The translations under genes were made by a program, and so were the position numbers. Under the pieces are notes generated by a model. The model saw nothing but the letters and a program-made list of their open reading frames with translations, was not told the DNA's origin and did not search any database. 64,000 nt of DNA from Bdellovibrionota bacterium. GTDB taxonomy: Bacteria > Bdellovibrionota_C > UBA2361 > CALJRW01. The stretch lies in assembly GCA_041740355.1 (NCBI GenBank), contig JBGSMD010000046.1, positions 102,546 through 166,545 of the forward strand. Reading direction: 5' to 3'. The stretch's first letter is position 1. The number at the start of each line of letters is the position of its first letter. Positions 1 through 8,955 of this stretch are shown in pieces.

Positions 1-1
1 A

Positions 2-730
2 CAAGCCCTGGAATTTGCGAAGCAGGCAGGCTTTCAAAATTATAGTTTAGATTTAATGTTTGCTGCGCCAAATCAAAGCTGTAATGATTTAGAAAAAGAT
101 CTGAGTGATTATTTAGAACTAAATCTTCCCCATATTTCATGTTACGAATTAACAATTGAAAAGGGCACTCCGTTTTTTACTGCTAATGAACGTGGAAACC
201 TAAAGATCGTGGACGAGGATCAGAAGTTGCAAATGTTTCAATTAATTAGAGAGCGATTTAAAGAAGCTGGTTACCATCACTATGAGATTAGTAATTTTGG
301 AAAACCTGGAATGGAATCTGTGCATAATCAAAACTATTGGCAGAATAATTCCTATTTAGGGTTTGGTGCTGGGGCACATGGCTGTTGGAGGGGTGGCGAA
401 ACTTCTGTTCGGTATTCTAACCTTGCTGATTATCAGAGTTATATTGATGCTGTAAAAAATGACAAGCCAGTTATTGCTTGGCAGGAGGAGCACGACGCCA
501 AAGCTGTAGCCTTTGATTATATTATGCTAGGTTTAAGAACGAGTAGGGGGGTCGAATTCTCAAAACTTGCAGAATTAGGTATACTCCGTTCGGAAATTAA
601 CTTTCAAAGTTGGCTGAGCAGTTTAATCCAAGATGATTTATTAGAGCTGACTGAAATTGGATTTAGATTGACACTTCGAGGTCAAGAAATTGCGGATAGC
701 GTTACTCAGAGTTTTTCCAAATTATTTTAA
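2..730 (+). CDS. hemW: Radical SAM heme chaperone HemW/HemN-like, 5'-truncated by the window edge
   Basis: Frame is open from base 2 (QALEFAKQAGFQNYSLDLMFAAPNQ). Motifs HISCYELTIEKGT, HYEISNF, HNQNYW and YLGFGAGAHG are typical of the HemW/HemN C-terminal half. Confidence 0.88.
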   Translation, partial: QALEFAKQAGFQNYSLDLMFAAPNQSCNDLEKDLSDYLELNLPHISCYELTIEKGTPFFTANERGNLKIVDEDQKLQMFQLIRERFKEAGYHHYEISNFGKPGMESVHNQNYWQNNSYLGFGAGAHGCWRGGETSVRYSNLADYQSYIDAVKNDKPVIAWQEEHDAKAVAFDYIMLGLRTSRGVEFSKLAELGILRSEINFQSWLSSLIQDDLLELTEIGFRLTLRGQEIADSVTQSFSKLF

Positions 731-741
731 ATAGAGCTGAT

Positions 742-1677
742 ATGTTTCCAAAGAAGATCTTATTAATTATCCCTGTATTAATAATTGCGGGCGGCGCTTA
801 TTATCTAGCACCGAAGTTTATCGGTAAGCCCCCAACCAAAGAATTCGTTCCAAAACATTCACCGGAAGTGAACCATAATTTTCCTGAATTAACAGATTTA
901 CGCGGAAAGGTAGAAACAAACCCAGAGGATGTGGTTGTTTTAGAGCAGTTAGCACAAACCCTAAAAGGGAAAGTAATAGCTACCCGCGATCGTAATTTAG
1001 TTTTTGAATTAATTGATACACTAACAAAGATTTTGAAAGTTGATTCTAAGAATAAATTTGCCCTGCTTGAGCTCGCAAATGTTTCCTTTGAAAGCAAGGT
1101 CTTTGAGAAAGCAGCGGATTATTACCAGCAGTACTTAAATCTTGCCCCCGATGATTTAGAAGTTAGAAGTCGTTATGCCAGTTGCATGATCTTTTTAGAC
1201 AAGCATGATCTGGGCTTACAAGAATTAGAAACTGTTTTACAAAAAGATCCTAATAATTTTTCAGCATTAGCATATAAAGCAATCGCTTTCGCACAAACAA
1301 ATAAAGTTGCCGAGGCGAAGGAAGTAGGAGCTCTGGCTCTTAAAAATGTTCCGGACGAAGAAGGACGAGAGCGTTTTATGGTTTTTTTAAATTCTTTAGA
1401 TCGTCCAATTTCAGATAATGCTTTACTTGATTATTTACAAACCAACGAAATTACCGCAAGTAAGTTTCAAACTTTAAAGAAAGATGGCACTAATTTAGTT
1501 ATTACTTTTAAAGACTTCCCAATGGAGATGATGCCTGAATTTGCTAAGCAAAAATTTATTGGAAGCCTGCGGGAGCAAACTGCTAGAGTTGCTGATTATC
1601 AGGATGTGGAAACAATTGAGATTTTAGACCAGGCGACTAGTAAGAGTATGCTAAAAATTGAGCAGCAGGAAAAATAG
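742..1677 (+). CDS. Membrane-anchored tetratricopeptide-repeat protein
   Basis: N-terminal TM helix followed by TPR-like helix pairs (ALLELANV..AADYYQQYLNLAPDD; LETVLQKDPNNFSAL). Confidence 0.7.
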   Translation: MFPKKILLIIPVLIIAGGAYYLAPKFIGKPPTKEFVPKHSPEVNHNFPELTDLRGKVETNPEDVVVLEQLAQTLKGKVIATRDRNLVFELIDTLTKILKVDSKNKFALLELANVSFESKVFEKAADYYQQYLNLAPDDLEVRSRYASCMIFLDKHDLGLQELETVLQKDPNNFSALAYKAIAFAQTNKVAEAKEVGALALKNVPDEEGRERFMVFLNSLDRPISDNALLDYLQTNEITASKFQTLKKDGTNLVITFKDFPMEMMPEFAKQKFIGSLREQTARVADYQDVETIEILDQATSKSMLKIEQQEK

Positions 1678-1864
1678 AGTAGTTCTCTAGTCTAGATATC
1701 CACTTTCGGCTTAACTGTATGAAATGCTTGGATAATTATCTCTCTAGGAACTTTCAAGCTAGTTTCTTATCCTATCAACAGAGGTTACTTTACAGAATTT
1801 TCGCTATGCTGCCGATTGTTTAGCAACGGCAAAGATCTTGTAAGAAGTGACTTTAGTATACTGA

Positions 1865-4351
1865 ATGAAGAAATATCTCTTATTTCTCCTCCTTATCCCC
1901 CAACTGCTTTTTGCAGCACCTAATGCTGATATAGTTTTTGTTACTCAAGTTCCTAACCCGGATGATTTTGTTACTGTGAATTCGACATTCGGAAATCACA
2001 TGGCGGGGATTGATCAGATCCGTCGTGGAGGGGATTTGTATATTAGGTATAAAGACGGAACATTAAAAAATCTGACTGCGGCTGCTGGGTTCGGAAATGT
2101 TGGTTTTCAAGGAGCGAACTCAATCGCGGTTCGAGATCCTGCCGTGCACTGGAATGGAGACAAAGTTATTTTTAGTATGGTAATTGGATCGGCTGCTAGC
2201 CAGTACCAAGTGAATAGTTACTATTGGCAGATTTATGAAATAACAGGACTTGGGAAAAACCAAACTCCAGTTGTTACTAAAGTTTCCAATCAGCCAAATG
2301 ATTTTAACAATGTAATGCCGATTTACGGCAGTGATGATCAGATAATTTTTGTTTCTGATCGACCAAGAAATGGAGAGCGACATCTTTATCCACAACGTGA
2401 TGAATACGAATCGGCTCCAACCAATACTGGGATTTGGAAGTTAAATCCAGCTACGGGCAGTTTATTTATAATGGATCATGCACCTTCCGGAGATTTTCAT
2501 CCGACCTTAGATAGTTTTGGAAGAATTCTTTTCACACGCTGGGATCACTTGCAAAGAGATCAGCAAGCAGGTGGCTTAACTGATTATGGCGCCTTTAATT
2601 ATTCTTCCGAGGCAAGTAATGCCACTAGGATTAATTCGCAGCATGAATTTTTCCCGGAAGCTAGAAATGAAGCGGAGCGAAATGCTGATGGAACTAGCAA
2701 TCTAAACCTACATCGATTTAATCATTTTTTCCCGTGGATGATCAATCAAGATGGATCGGAGATGGAAACAATTAATCATCTGGGGCGACATGAACTCCAT
2801 GATTATTTCCCCGAGTCCTTTAATGACGATCCGGAGTTAGAAGATTTTTCGGGACAGTCGGAAAGTAGATTTAATTTAAGTCCGATTGAAAACTTTTTTC
2901 AGATTAAAGAAGATCCAACTCAACCAGGAAGGTACTATGGAGTTGATTGTCCAGAGTTCAGTACCCATGCCAGTGGACAAATCGTTAGCTTTGAAGCACC
3001 TCCTAGTAAAAATCCAGATTTAATAAGTGTTAATTATGTTACGCATCGTAGCACGGCGAGTTATACGGATACTCCCTCTGTGGATCATTCTGGGTTATAT
3101 CGTGATCCTGCTAAACTAACTGACGGAAGTCTAGTTAGTGCACATACCTCCGAAACTAGAGAAGACGATAATATTGGTACAGGAAATGCACCAGCATCAC
3201 GCTATGATTATCGAATTAAATCTTTAGCACTTAGTGGGGGATATTTTAAGCCAGCAGAAGTTTTAACCGCAGGAATAGCAAAAAATATTTCTTGGTACAG
3301 TCCTGATGTGATGACAACTTTTAGCGGTAATCTTTGGGAATTACAGCCAGTAGAATTAGTTGCCAGAGCCAAGCCTCCAATGACGCAAACGATTTTGCCT
3401 GCTATTGAAGGGCAAGTTTTTGCAGATGAAAATGTTGCCCTAGAAGAATTTCGTAACTACCTAATTGATCAAGAGCTGGCATTAATTATTGTTCGTAATG
3501 TGACAACTAGAGATAAAGGAGATGAGCAACAGCCGTATAATTTAAAAGTTCCAAATGGTGTGCAGACAGTTGCTAATAGTGGTAAGTCCTATGAAGTTAG
3601 TGAGATGCAAATTTTTCAGGGTGACCAAATTAGAGGTTATGCCAATAATGACGAACCAACTGCAGGTCGACGGGTACTGGCACAACCAATGCGGGATTCA
3701 AATTTAGCTAATTTGATTGGGGAGCAAACTGGCAGTGTTAAAATTTCTGCTGATGGATCCGTCGCGGCAATAGTTCCAGCAAGTCGAGCACTCAGCTGGC
3801 ATTTAACAGATCAAGATAACAAATCAGTAATTAAAGAACGCTACTGGTTAACTTTTCGAGCCGGAGAAATTAGAGTTTGTGGTTCATGCCATGGGGTTAA
3901 TCAATTAGATCAGCAAGGTAATCCACCACCGGAGAATTCACCTGAGGCATTAAGGGAATTGTTAAGTCGTTGGAAGGGGATTCCTTATACCCCACTTGCA
4001 AGATATCAAGTATCAGCACACTCAAAAAGTAAAAAGAAAATTATTGGTAATAAGTTTCGTGCCGGCCACAGAGCTTTTTTAAATATTCTACCGTTAAACT
4101 CTAGTAGTCATAACACTGAGCTAAGTTATCGAGTTACGAGTGGAGAAAAACCTTGTGCTAAGACACGAAATATTAATGTTGCCGAAGAAGTAAAAAGTTT
4201 TGGTAAGTTGATACCAGAAATTACTGGACGATATCCAATAAAATATCAGTTCTTTCTAGGCGAGCGAAAAGTTGGGGAGATTGACCTTGTACTTAAAGGG
4301 CTACGCGGAGCAAAAGAATCTCATCGCCGGATTTGTAAAATCTTGCCTTAA
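1865..4351 (+). CDS. Secreted beta-propeller protein with HzsA (hydrazine synthase alpha)-like middle domain and one c-type heme motif
   Basis: Signal peptide; TolB-like segments (RDPAVHWNGDKVIFSM, IIFVSDRP, GRILFTRWD); DGSVAAIVPA...RAGEIRVCGSCHG containing CxxCH. Confidence 0.65.
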   Translation: MKKYLLFLLLIPQLLFAAPNADIVFVTQVPNPDDFVTVNSTFGNHMAGIDQIRRGGDLYIRYKDGTLKNLTAAAGFGNVGFQGANSIAVRDPAVHWNGDKVIFSMVIGSAASQYQVNSYYWQIYEITGLGKNQTPVVTKVSNQPNDFNNVMPIYGSDDQIIFVSDRPRNGERHLYPQRDEYESAPTNTGIWKLNPATGSLFIMDHAPSGDFHPTLDSFGRILFTRWDHLQRDQQAGGLTDYGAFNYSSEASNATRINSQHEFFPEARNEAERNADGTSNLNLHRFNHFFPWMINQDGSEMETINHLGRHELHDYFPESFNDDPELEDFSGQSESRFNLSPIENFFQIKEDPTQPGRYYGVDCPEFSTHASGQIVSFEAPPSKNPDLISVNYVTHRSTASYTDTPSVDHSGLYRDPAKLTDGSLVSAHTSETREDDNIGTGNAPASRYDYRIKSLALSGGYFKPAEVLTAGIAKNISWYSPDVMTTFSGNLWELQPVELVARAKPPMTQTILPAIEGQVFADENVALEEFRNYLIDQELALIIVRNVTTRDKGDEQQPYNLKVPNGVQTVANSGKSYEVSEMQIFQGDQIRGYANNDEPTAGRRVLAQPMRDSNLANLIGEQTGSVKISADGSVAAIVPASRALSWHLTDQDNKSVIKERYWLTFRAGEIRVCGSCHGVNQLDQQGNPPPENSPEALRELLSRWKGIPYTPLARYQVSAHSKSKKKIIGNKFRAGHRAFLNILPLNSSSHNTELSYRVTSGEKPCAKTRNINVAEEVKSFGKLIPEITGRYPIKYQFFLGERKVGEIDLVLKGLRGAKESHRRICKILP

Positions 4352-4352
4352 A

Positions 4353-5474
4353 TTACTTTTTTAAACTTAGGAATTGAATTTCATTTTGCTCATAAAGTTC
4401 ATGTAGACTTCCGTGCTCTTTTAGAAAATTGATCGTGCTATTCAAGCGCTTTAAGAAATCTGGCCAGTCCGGGCGGACAGCAATTGAAAGGTCATAACCG
4501 GAGGGAAGAGTCTTCTCGGCAAATAATAATTTTACCGAAGCTGGAAAATCACTTTTAATTGAACTAGCAGTAAGCAAATCACAGAAGGCGAAGTGGGCTG
4601 ATCTTTTTAAGCCATTGAGCGTTACTCTTTCCACGATTTCCTCAGTATTGTCGCAGATAATAATATTTTCTGGAAGAATACTCAGAATGTTACGCACAAA
4701 ATCATGGCTGCAACTCTCCGCAAGTACAGCAATCTTGTAGGGATTTTTTTTAATATCCTTTAGGTTTAAAGGTTCGGGTAGTTCTTCGATAAATTTACTT
4801 GGTGCTGTTCTCCAGAAAACACTCATAGGTGAATATCCTAATGGTTCTGAGAAAACGTACTCTCCAATTCTTGTTGCAGTAATATATAAAGGTCCATAAA
4901 TATCTATTCTTCCTGCCTTTAACATCTCTAGTGCTTGCCGGTGATCTACTGGTACGAACTCTAAGTTGGCGTGCATGCTAATTGTGATTAGCTTGAATAA
5001 ATCCTGAAAAACAGGCTCCTTAGCTTTATTCTGAAAACCACTTTGAAGGGAGTTAATCCCAATTCGTAAAGGCATGTTGGGATTAAATTCTGGTAATCCT
5101 TGTGGGCGAATTTCGTCGCGAACAATTTCTCTAATTGCGCCTTGAAAACCACTCATGTCAATTTTGAAATTTATAAAACCGGGAGCTTCATCTTGGCTAT
5201 CTTTAAGTTTAATATTTGGACGGTAAGGCCAGGGGGAGGGCATCTCCGCTAGTTTTAAAATCTCGGCTGGCTTTGATAACTTAAAATTAAAAGCGAGAAG
5301 GAGTAGTACCGGGAGTCCTGGGATGCGGCCATAGTTTTTAACTTGCCCAAGATAGGAAGAAGTCACTCCACAACGGTCTGCTAAATCCCGAAGATTTAGG
5401 TTATTTTCCATTGACCAGAGTTCAAACTGTTCGTTAAAGAAGGATTTAAAGGCCTTAGAGCGTTTTTCTGCCAT
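4353..5474 (-). CDS. XRE-type HTH fused to a family-3 solute-binding-like domain (probable one-component regulator)
   Basis: N-terminal LRDLADRCGVTSSYLGQVKNYGRIP (XRE HTH); C-terminal LKAGRIDI..ITATR..FSEP and LNSTINFLKEHGSLHELY (SBP_bac_3 pattern); no signal peptide. Confidence 0.7.
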   Translation of the reverse strand: MAEKRSKAFKSFFNEQFELWSMENNLNLRDLADRCGVTSSYLGQVKNYGRIPGLPVLLLLAFNFKLSKPAEILKLAEMPSPWPYRPNIKLKDSQDEAPGFINFKIDMSGFQGAIREIVRDEIRPQGLPEFNPNMPLRIGINSLQSGFQNKAKEPVFQDLFKLITISMHANLEFVPVDHRQALEMLKAGRIDIYGPLYITATRIGEYVFSEPLGYSPMSVFWRTAPSKFIEELPEPLNLKDIKKNPYKIAVLAESCSHDFVRNILSILPENIIICDNTEEIVERVTLNGLKRSAHFAFCDLLTASSIKSDFPASVKLLFAEKTLPSGYDLSIAVRPDWPDFLKRLNSTINFLKEHGSLHELYEQNEIQFLSLKK

Positions 5475-5695
5475 AAACTTTGTAATAAAAATTGCAACTA
5501 AGATTCACATTTAATGAAAATGTAGTCCATAAATATTCACAAAGTCATACTTTATCATAGAAATTCAAATTATATAAGTATTTATTAGCATTTGGATTGA
5601 TAAAGTTCATTTTTGATAAAAAGTGACATTACACATAGTTAGGATTAGCGACCATATCTCTTTGTAGCAGATAATCATTTTTACATGGAGTCGAT

Positions 5696-6481
5696 ATGGA
5701 AGTAATAGAAGTAAAAGAAGAAAAGCAAACAAAAGTAGTCAGGGAAGTAGCAAGCTTAGACTTTCAGTCTAGTAAGCTAATTGCTATGGGTTTAAGAGAG
5801 GCCTTTTTCGCCAAGCATTCGATCGAGTTACAACCAGCACTGGAATTACTAAGAAGTTTACCGGAAACTAAGACATTTCATAATTTGGATCATACCCACA
5901 CGGTAGTTGAATCAATCATGATTCTTTGGGCCAAGGAGCACAATGTAGCCTTAAAGGATATTTTAAAAACTGAAAATAAGACTCTTTGTGAGTTATTACT
6001 CGCCGGTGTTTATCATGATACTGGACACTTAGAAGGTGCTAAAGATCACGAGTTACGAGGTGTAACTTTTATGAAAGCAAACCTTGCTAAGTTTTATGAT
6101 GATTCAACTCTAGAAAATATTGCGGGAAGAATCATGGCAACTCGGATGGAATTAACTCCGGAAGGGAAGTTTTGCCAAGTCCCAGCTAGAGATAAATATG
6201 ACGCAATCATTCAGGATGCGGATTTGTCTAATCTTGGGGGGGTCAATTTTAAAAAACAATACGAGGTAAGTTCTGGGTTGTTCCAAGAGATTATTGGGAC
6301 CATTGATGGTGTTAAGTACTATAACTCCGCCGCGTTTATCGATGAACAGATAAAATTTTTCGCTGATCATGAGTATCGCACGGAATCTGGGAAAAAACTT
6401 TTAAATGATGGTAAGGCCAAAAATTTGGCAGGTTTAGAATTAGTAAGCTTAAGAAACATGCTAACGCTAGCTACGATCTAA
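5696..6481 (+). CDS. HD-superfamily metal-dependent phosphohydrolase
   Basis: FHNLDHT, YHDTGH, HELRG and IIQDADLSNLG motifs; SD GGAG upstream. Confidence 0.8.
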   Translation: MEVIEVKEEKQTKVVREVASLDFQSSKLIAMGLREAFFAKHSIELQPALELLRSLPETKTFHNLDHTHTVVESIMILWAKEHNVALKDILKTENKTLCELLLAGVYHDTGHLEGAKDHELRGVTFMKANLAKFYDDSTLENIAGRIMATRMELTPEGKFCQVPARDKYDAIIQDADLSNLGGVNFKKQYEVSSGLFQEIIGTIDGVKYYNSAAFIDEQIKFFADHEYRTESGKKLLNDGKAKNLAGLELVSLRNMLTLATI

Positions 6482-6767
6482 AAAATTTTCAGCTGAGGAG
6501 TTAAGGTTGATAGTTAATTAGACCTAGTGGGCGATTTTGAATACTTTGCTAAGAACTCAATTAAAAAAAGGTATTTGGAATAGCTTGAGTCGTCTTCACA
6601 GTTAATGATCAACAAGCTAAGCATTACTTATCTAGTTTTAACGGCTCAAATCTGAAAGATTAGAATTTGTGCTCGTCGTAAATGCGGTATTCTTTTGAAA
6701 TACTTATTCAAATTTACTATATCATCATGAACTGCTAGAAGTTGAGCACTCTTTTAGTTAGCCAATC

Positions 6768-8348
6768 ATGAAAATAAGTGAACAAATTGCCCGGCGCAGA
6801 ACCTTTGCGATTATTTCGCACCCTGATGCTGGTAAGACAACACTAACAGAAAAATTTCTACTATATGGCGGAGCCGTGCAGCTTGCTGGATCCGTTTCAG
6901 CAAAAAAGAATCAACGAGCTACAGCTTCTGACTGGATGGAGTTAGAAAAGAAACGTGGTATTTCGATTAGCTCTACGGTCTTGCAATTTGAGTATCGTGG
7001 ATATGCCGTAAATTTATTAGATACTCCGGGACACAAAGATTTCTCTGAAGATACTTATCGCGTGCTAACAGCAGTGGATGCTGTAATCATGGTGATTGAT
7101 GCCGGTAAGGGGATTGAAAATCAAACTCGTAAATTATTTGAAATATGTCGTCGGCGACAAATTCCGATTTTCACTTTTATGAATAAGTTAGATCGTCCCG
7201 CTAAAGATCCATTGGAATTGATGGATGAGTTAGAAAGCGTTTTAGGTATTAGTGCCTACGCTGTTAATTGGCCATTAGGAACAGGGAATGATTTTCGCGG
7301 AGTTTATGATCGGATGCGCGGGCAATTTCATTTATTTGAAAGAGTTGCAGGTGGGTCATACCGAGCACCAGAAGCAGTCGCGGATATTAGCGATCCGATA
7401 GTTCGCAAGCATTTAGCTCCAGATGTTTACGAAAGAGTAGTAGAAGAGTTAGAAGTGTTAGAAGGTGCTGGAGCCAGCTTTGATCATCAAGAAGTCTTAA
7501 CAGGAAAACTTACTCCAGTATTTTTTGGAAGTGCCATTAATAATTTTGGGATTCAGTTTTTATTAGATCAGTTTCTTGATTATGCTGCCGAACCAAGAGC
7601 GAGAGAAGGTATTAATGGATTAGTACCAACAGATCATTCAAGTTTTTCAGGATTTGTTTTTAAAATTCAGGCAAACATGGATCCAAAGCATCGCGACCGA
7701 ATTGCATTTATACGTGTTTGTTCAGGTGAGTTTTCTAGAGATATGAGTGTAACTCATACCAGAACTGGTAAAAGTTTAAGGCTTTCCAGTTCTCATAAAC
7801 TCTTTGGTCAAGACCGAGAAACTGTAGAAGAAGCTTTTGCCGGAGATATCATTGGTGTAATTGGCCATTCTGACTTAAGAATTGGAGATACTGTTACACA
7901 AGATCCGACAATTTCCTATCAGGAAATTCCTAGATTTGCCCCTGAGTATTTTGCCTATCTGCATAATAACCAAACTGCTCAGTTTAAAAGATTTCATTTA
8001 GGCTTTGAACAATTACTACAGGAGGGTGTAGTGCAAGCACTCTATCTTCATGGTGGACAGCGGGAACCGATCCTTGCGGCGGTAGGACCACTGCAGTTTG
8101 AAGTTGTGCAGTATCGTTTGGAAAGTGAGTATGGCGCCGTCACTAGAATTGAAATGACTAACTGGAATAGTATTCGTTGGTTACCGAAAGAGTATGCTGA
8201 TAAAATTAGTACTTTGAAAATTCCAATGGAAAGTGTTTTAGCAAAAGATGTTGACGGAAATAATGTAATTCTTTTTCCAGGCGATTGGGCGGAGAGATTA
8301 TTTACATCGCAAAATGTTGATGTCGTTTTATCTAAAGATCCACTCTAA
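6768..8348 (+). CDS. prfC: Peptide chain release factor 3
   Basis: RRRTFAIISHPDAGKTTLTEK, DTPGHKDFSEDTYR, FKIQANMDPKHRDRIAF, AVGPLQFEV. Confidence 0.98.
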   Translation: MKISEQIARRRTFAIISHPDAGKTTLTEKFLLYGGAVQLAGSVSAKKNQRATASDWMELEKKRGISISSTVLQFEYRGYAVNLLDTPGHKDFSEDTYRVLTAVDAVIMVIDAGKGIENQTRKLFEICRRRQIPIFTFMNKLDRPAKDPLELMDELESVLGISAYAVNWPLGTGNDFRGVYDRMRGQFHLFERVAGGSYRAPEAVADISDPIVRKHLAPDVYERVVEELEVLEGAGASFDHQEVLTGKLTPVFFGSAINNFGIQFLLDQFLDYAAEPRAREGINGLVPTDHSSFSGFVFKIQANMDPKHRDRIAFIRVCSGEFSRDMSVTHTRTGKSLRLSSSHKLFGQDRETVEEAFAGDIIGVIGHSDLRIGDTVTQDPTISYQEIPRFAPEYFAYLHNNQTAQFKRFHLGFEQLLQEGVVQALYLHGGQREPILAAVGPLQFEVVQYRLESEYGAVTRIEMTNWNSIRWLPKEYADKISTLKIPMESVLAKDVDGNNVILFPGDWAERLFTSQNVDVVLSKDPL

Positions 8349-8719
8349 CTCAAAATTTTTGCCTCAATAGCGGCATATAACACGGAAACAATTGCAAAAC
8401 TTTTTATCTCATGTCCTTTCTTAAGTATTTTAGCAGTCAGGCAATAGTTTGCTAGTGATTCTTGATTTCTAGTTAAGGTGAATTGGGCATCACGTTTGTT
8501 CAGTACAAAGCCTTCTAACTGATTGCTATCTGGAAATGCTTCATTCTCTTCATTAGGAATTACTCTCCACCTCAAATCTTTTCGTGGAAGTGAGTTTAAT
8601 ACTTCTTGCACTATATGTTTTTGATCTCTGGTTAAACCGACAGCGAAATCAGAGCTTGCTTTAAACCGACTAATTGCTTCTGGATGTCGAAAAAGATTTT
8701 TGGTTTCTTGTGCTTCCAT
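8345..8719 (-). CDS. Hypothetical protein
   Basis: 124-aa ORF with ATG start, convergent with prfC with a 4-bp overlap; no recognisable motif. Confidence 0.55.
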   Translation of the reverse strand: MEAQETKNLFRHPEAISRFKASSDFAVGLTRDQKHIVQEVLNSLPRKDLRWRVIPNEENEAFPDSNQLEGFVLNKRDAQFTLTRNQESLANYCLTAKILKKGHEIKSFAIVSVLYAAIEAKILS

Positions 8720-8955
8720 TACTATGTAATTTCTAAAAGTCCCCTCAGGTAACTTATAAGTTATGAAGTTTAATGGAGTAATGTGACTAGGCTAATCTTT
8801 AACTAGTTGAATATACAGAAAATTATTGTAATACTTAGTAATGAAAAATATTCACTTTAAAAGTGAAACCTGCAATTTGTAGTTAATTAAAAGTAGCAAA
8901 ATATTAGATGAGGAGAAGTAGTTGTTTAGCCTAAAAAATCTGTTACTTTTAATTT

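Noticed and set aside
1865-4351. True hydrazine synthase / anammox marker
   Set aside because: Only one heme motif and no hzsB/hzsC neighbours.
5696-6481. Pycsar/CBASS-type defence system around the HD protein
   Set aside because: No cyclase or TM effector gene is adjacent.
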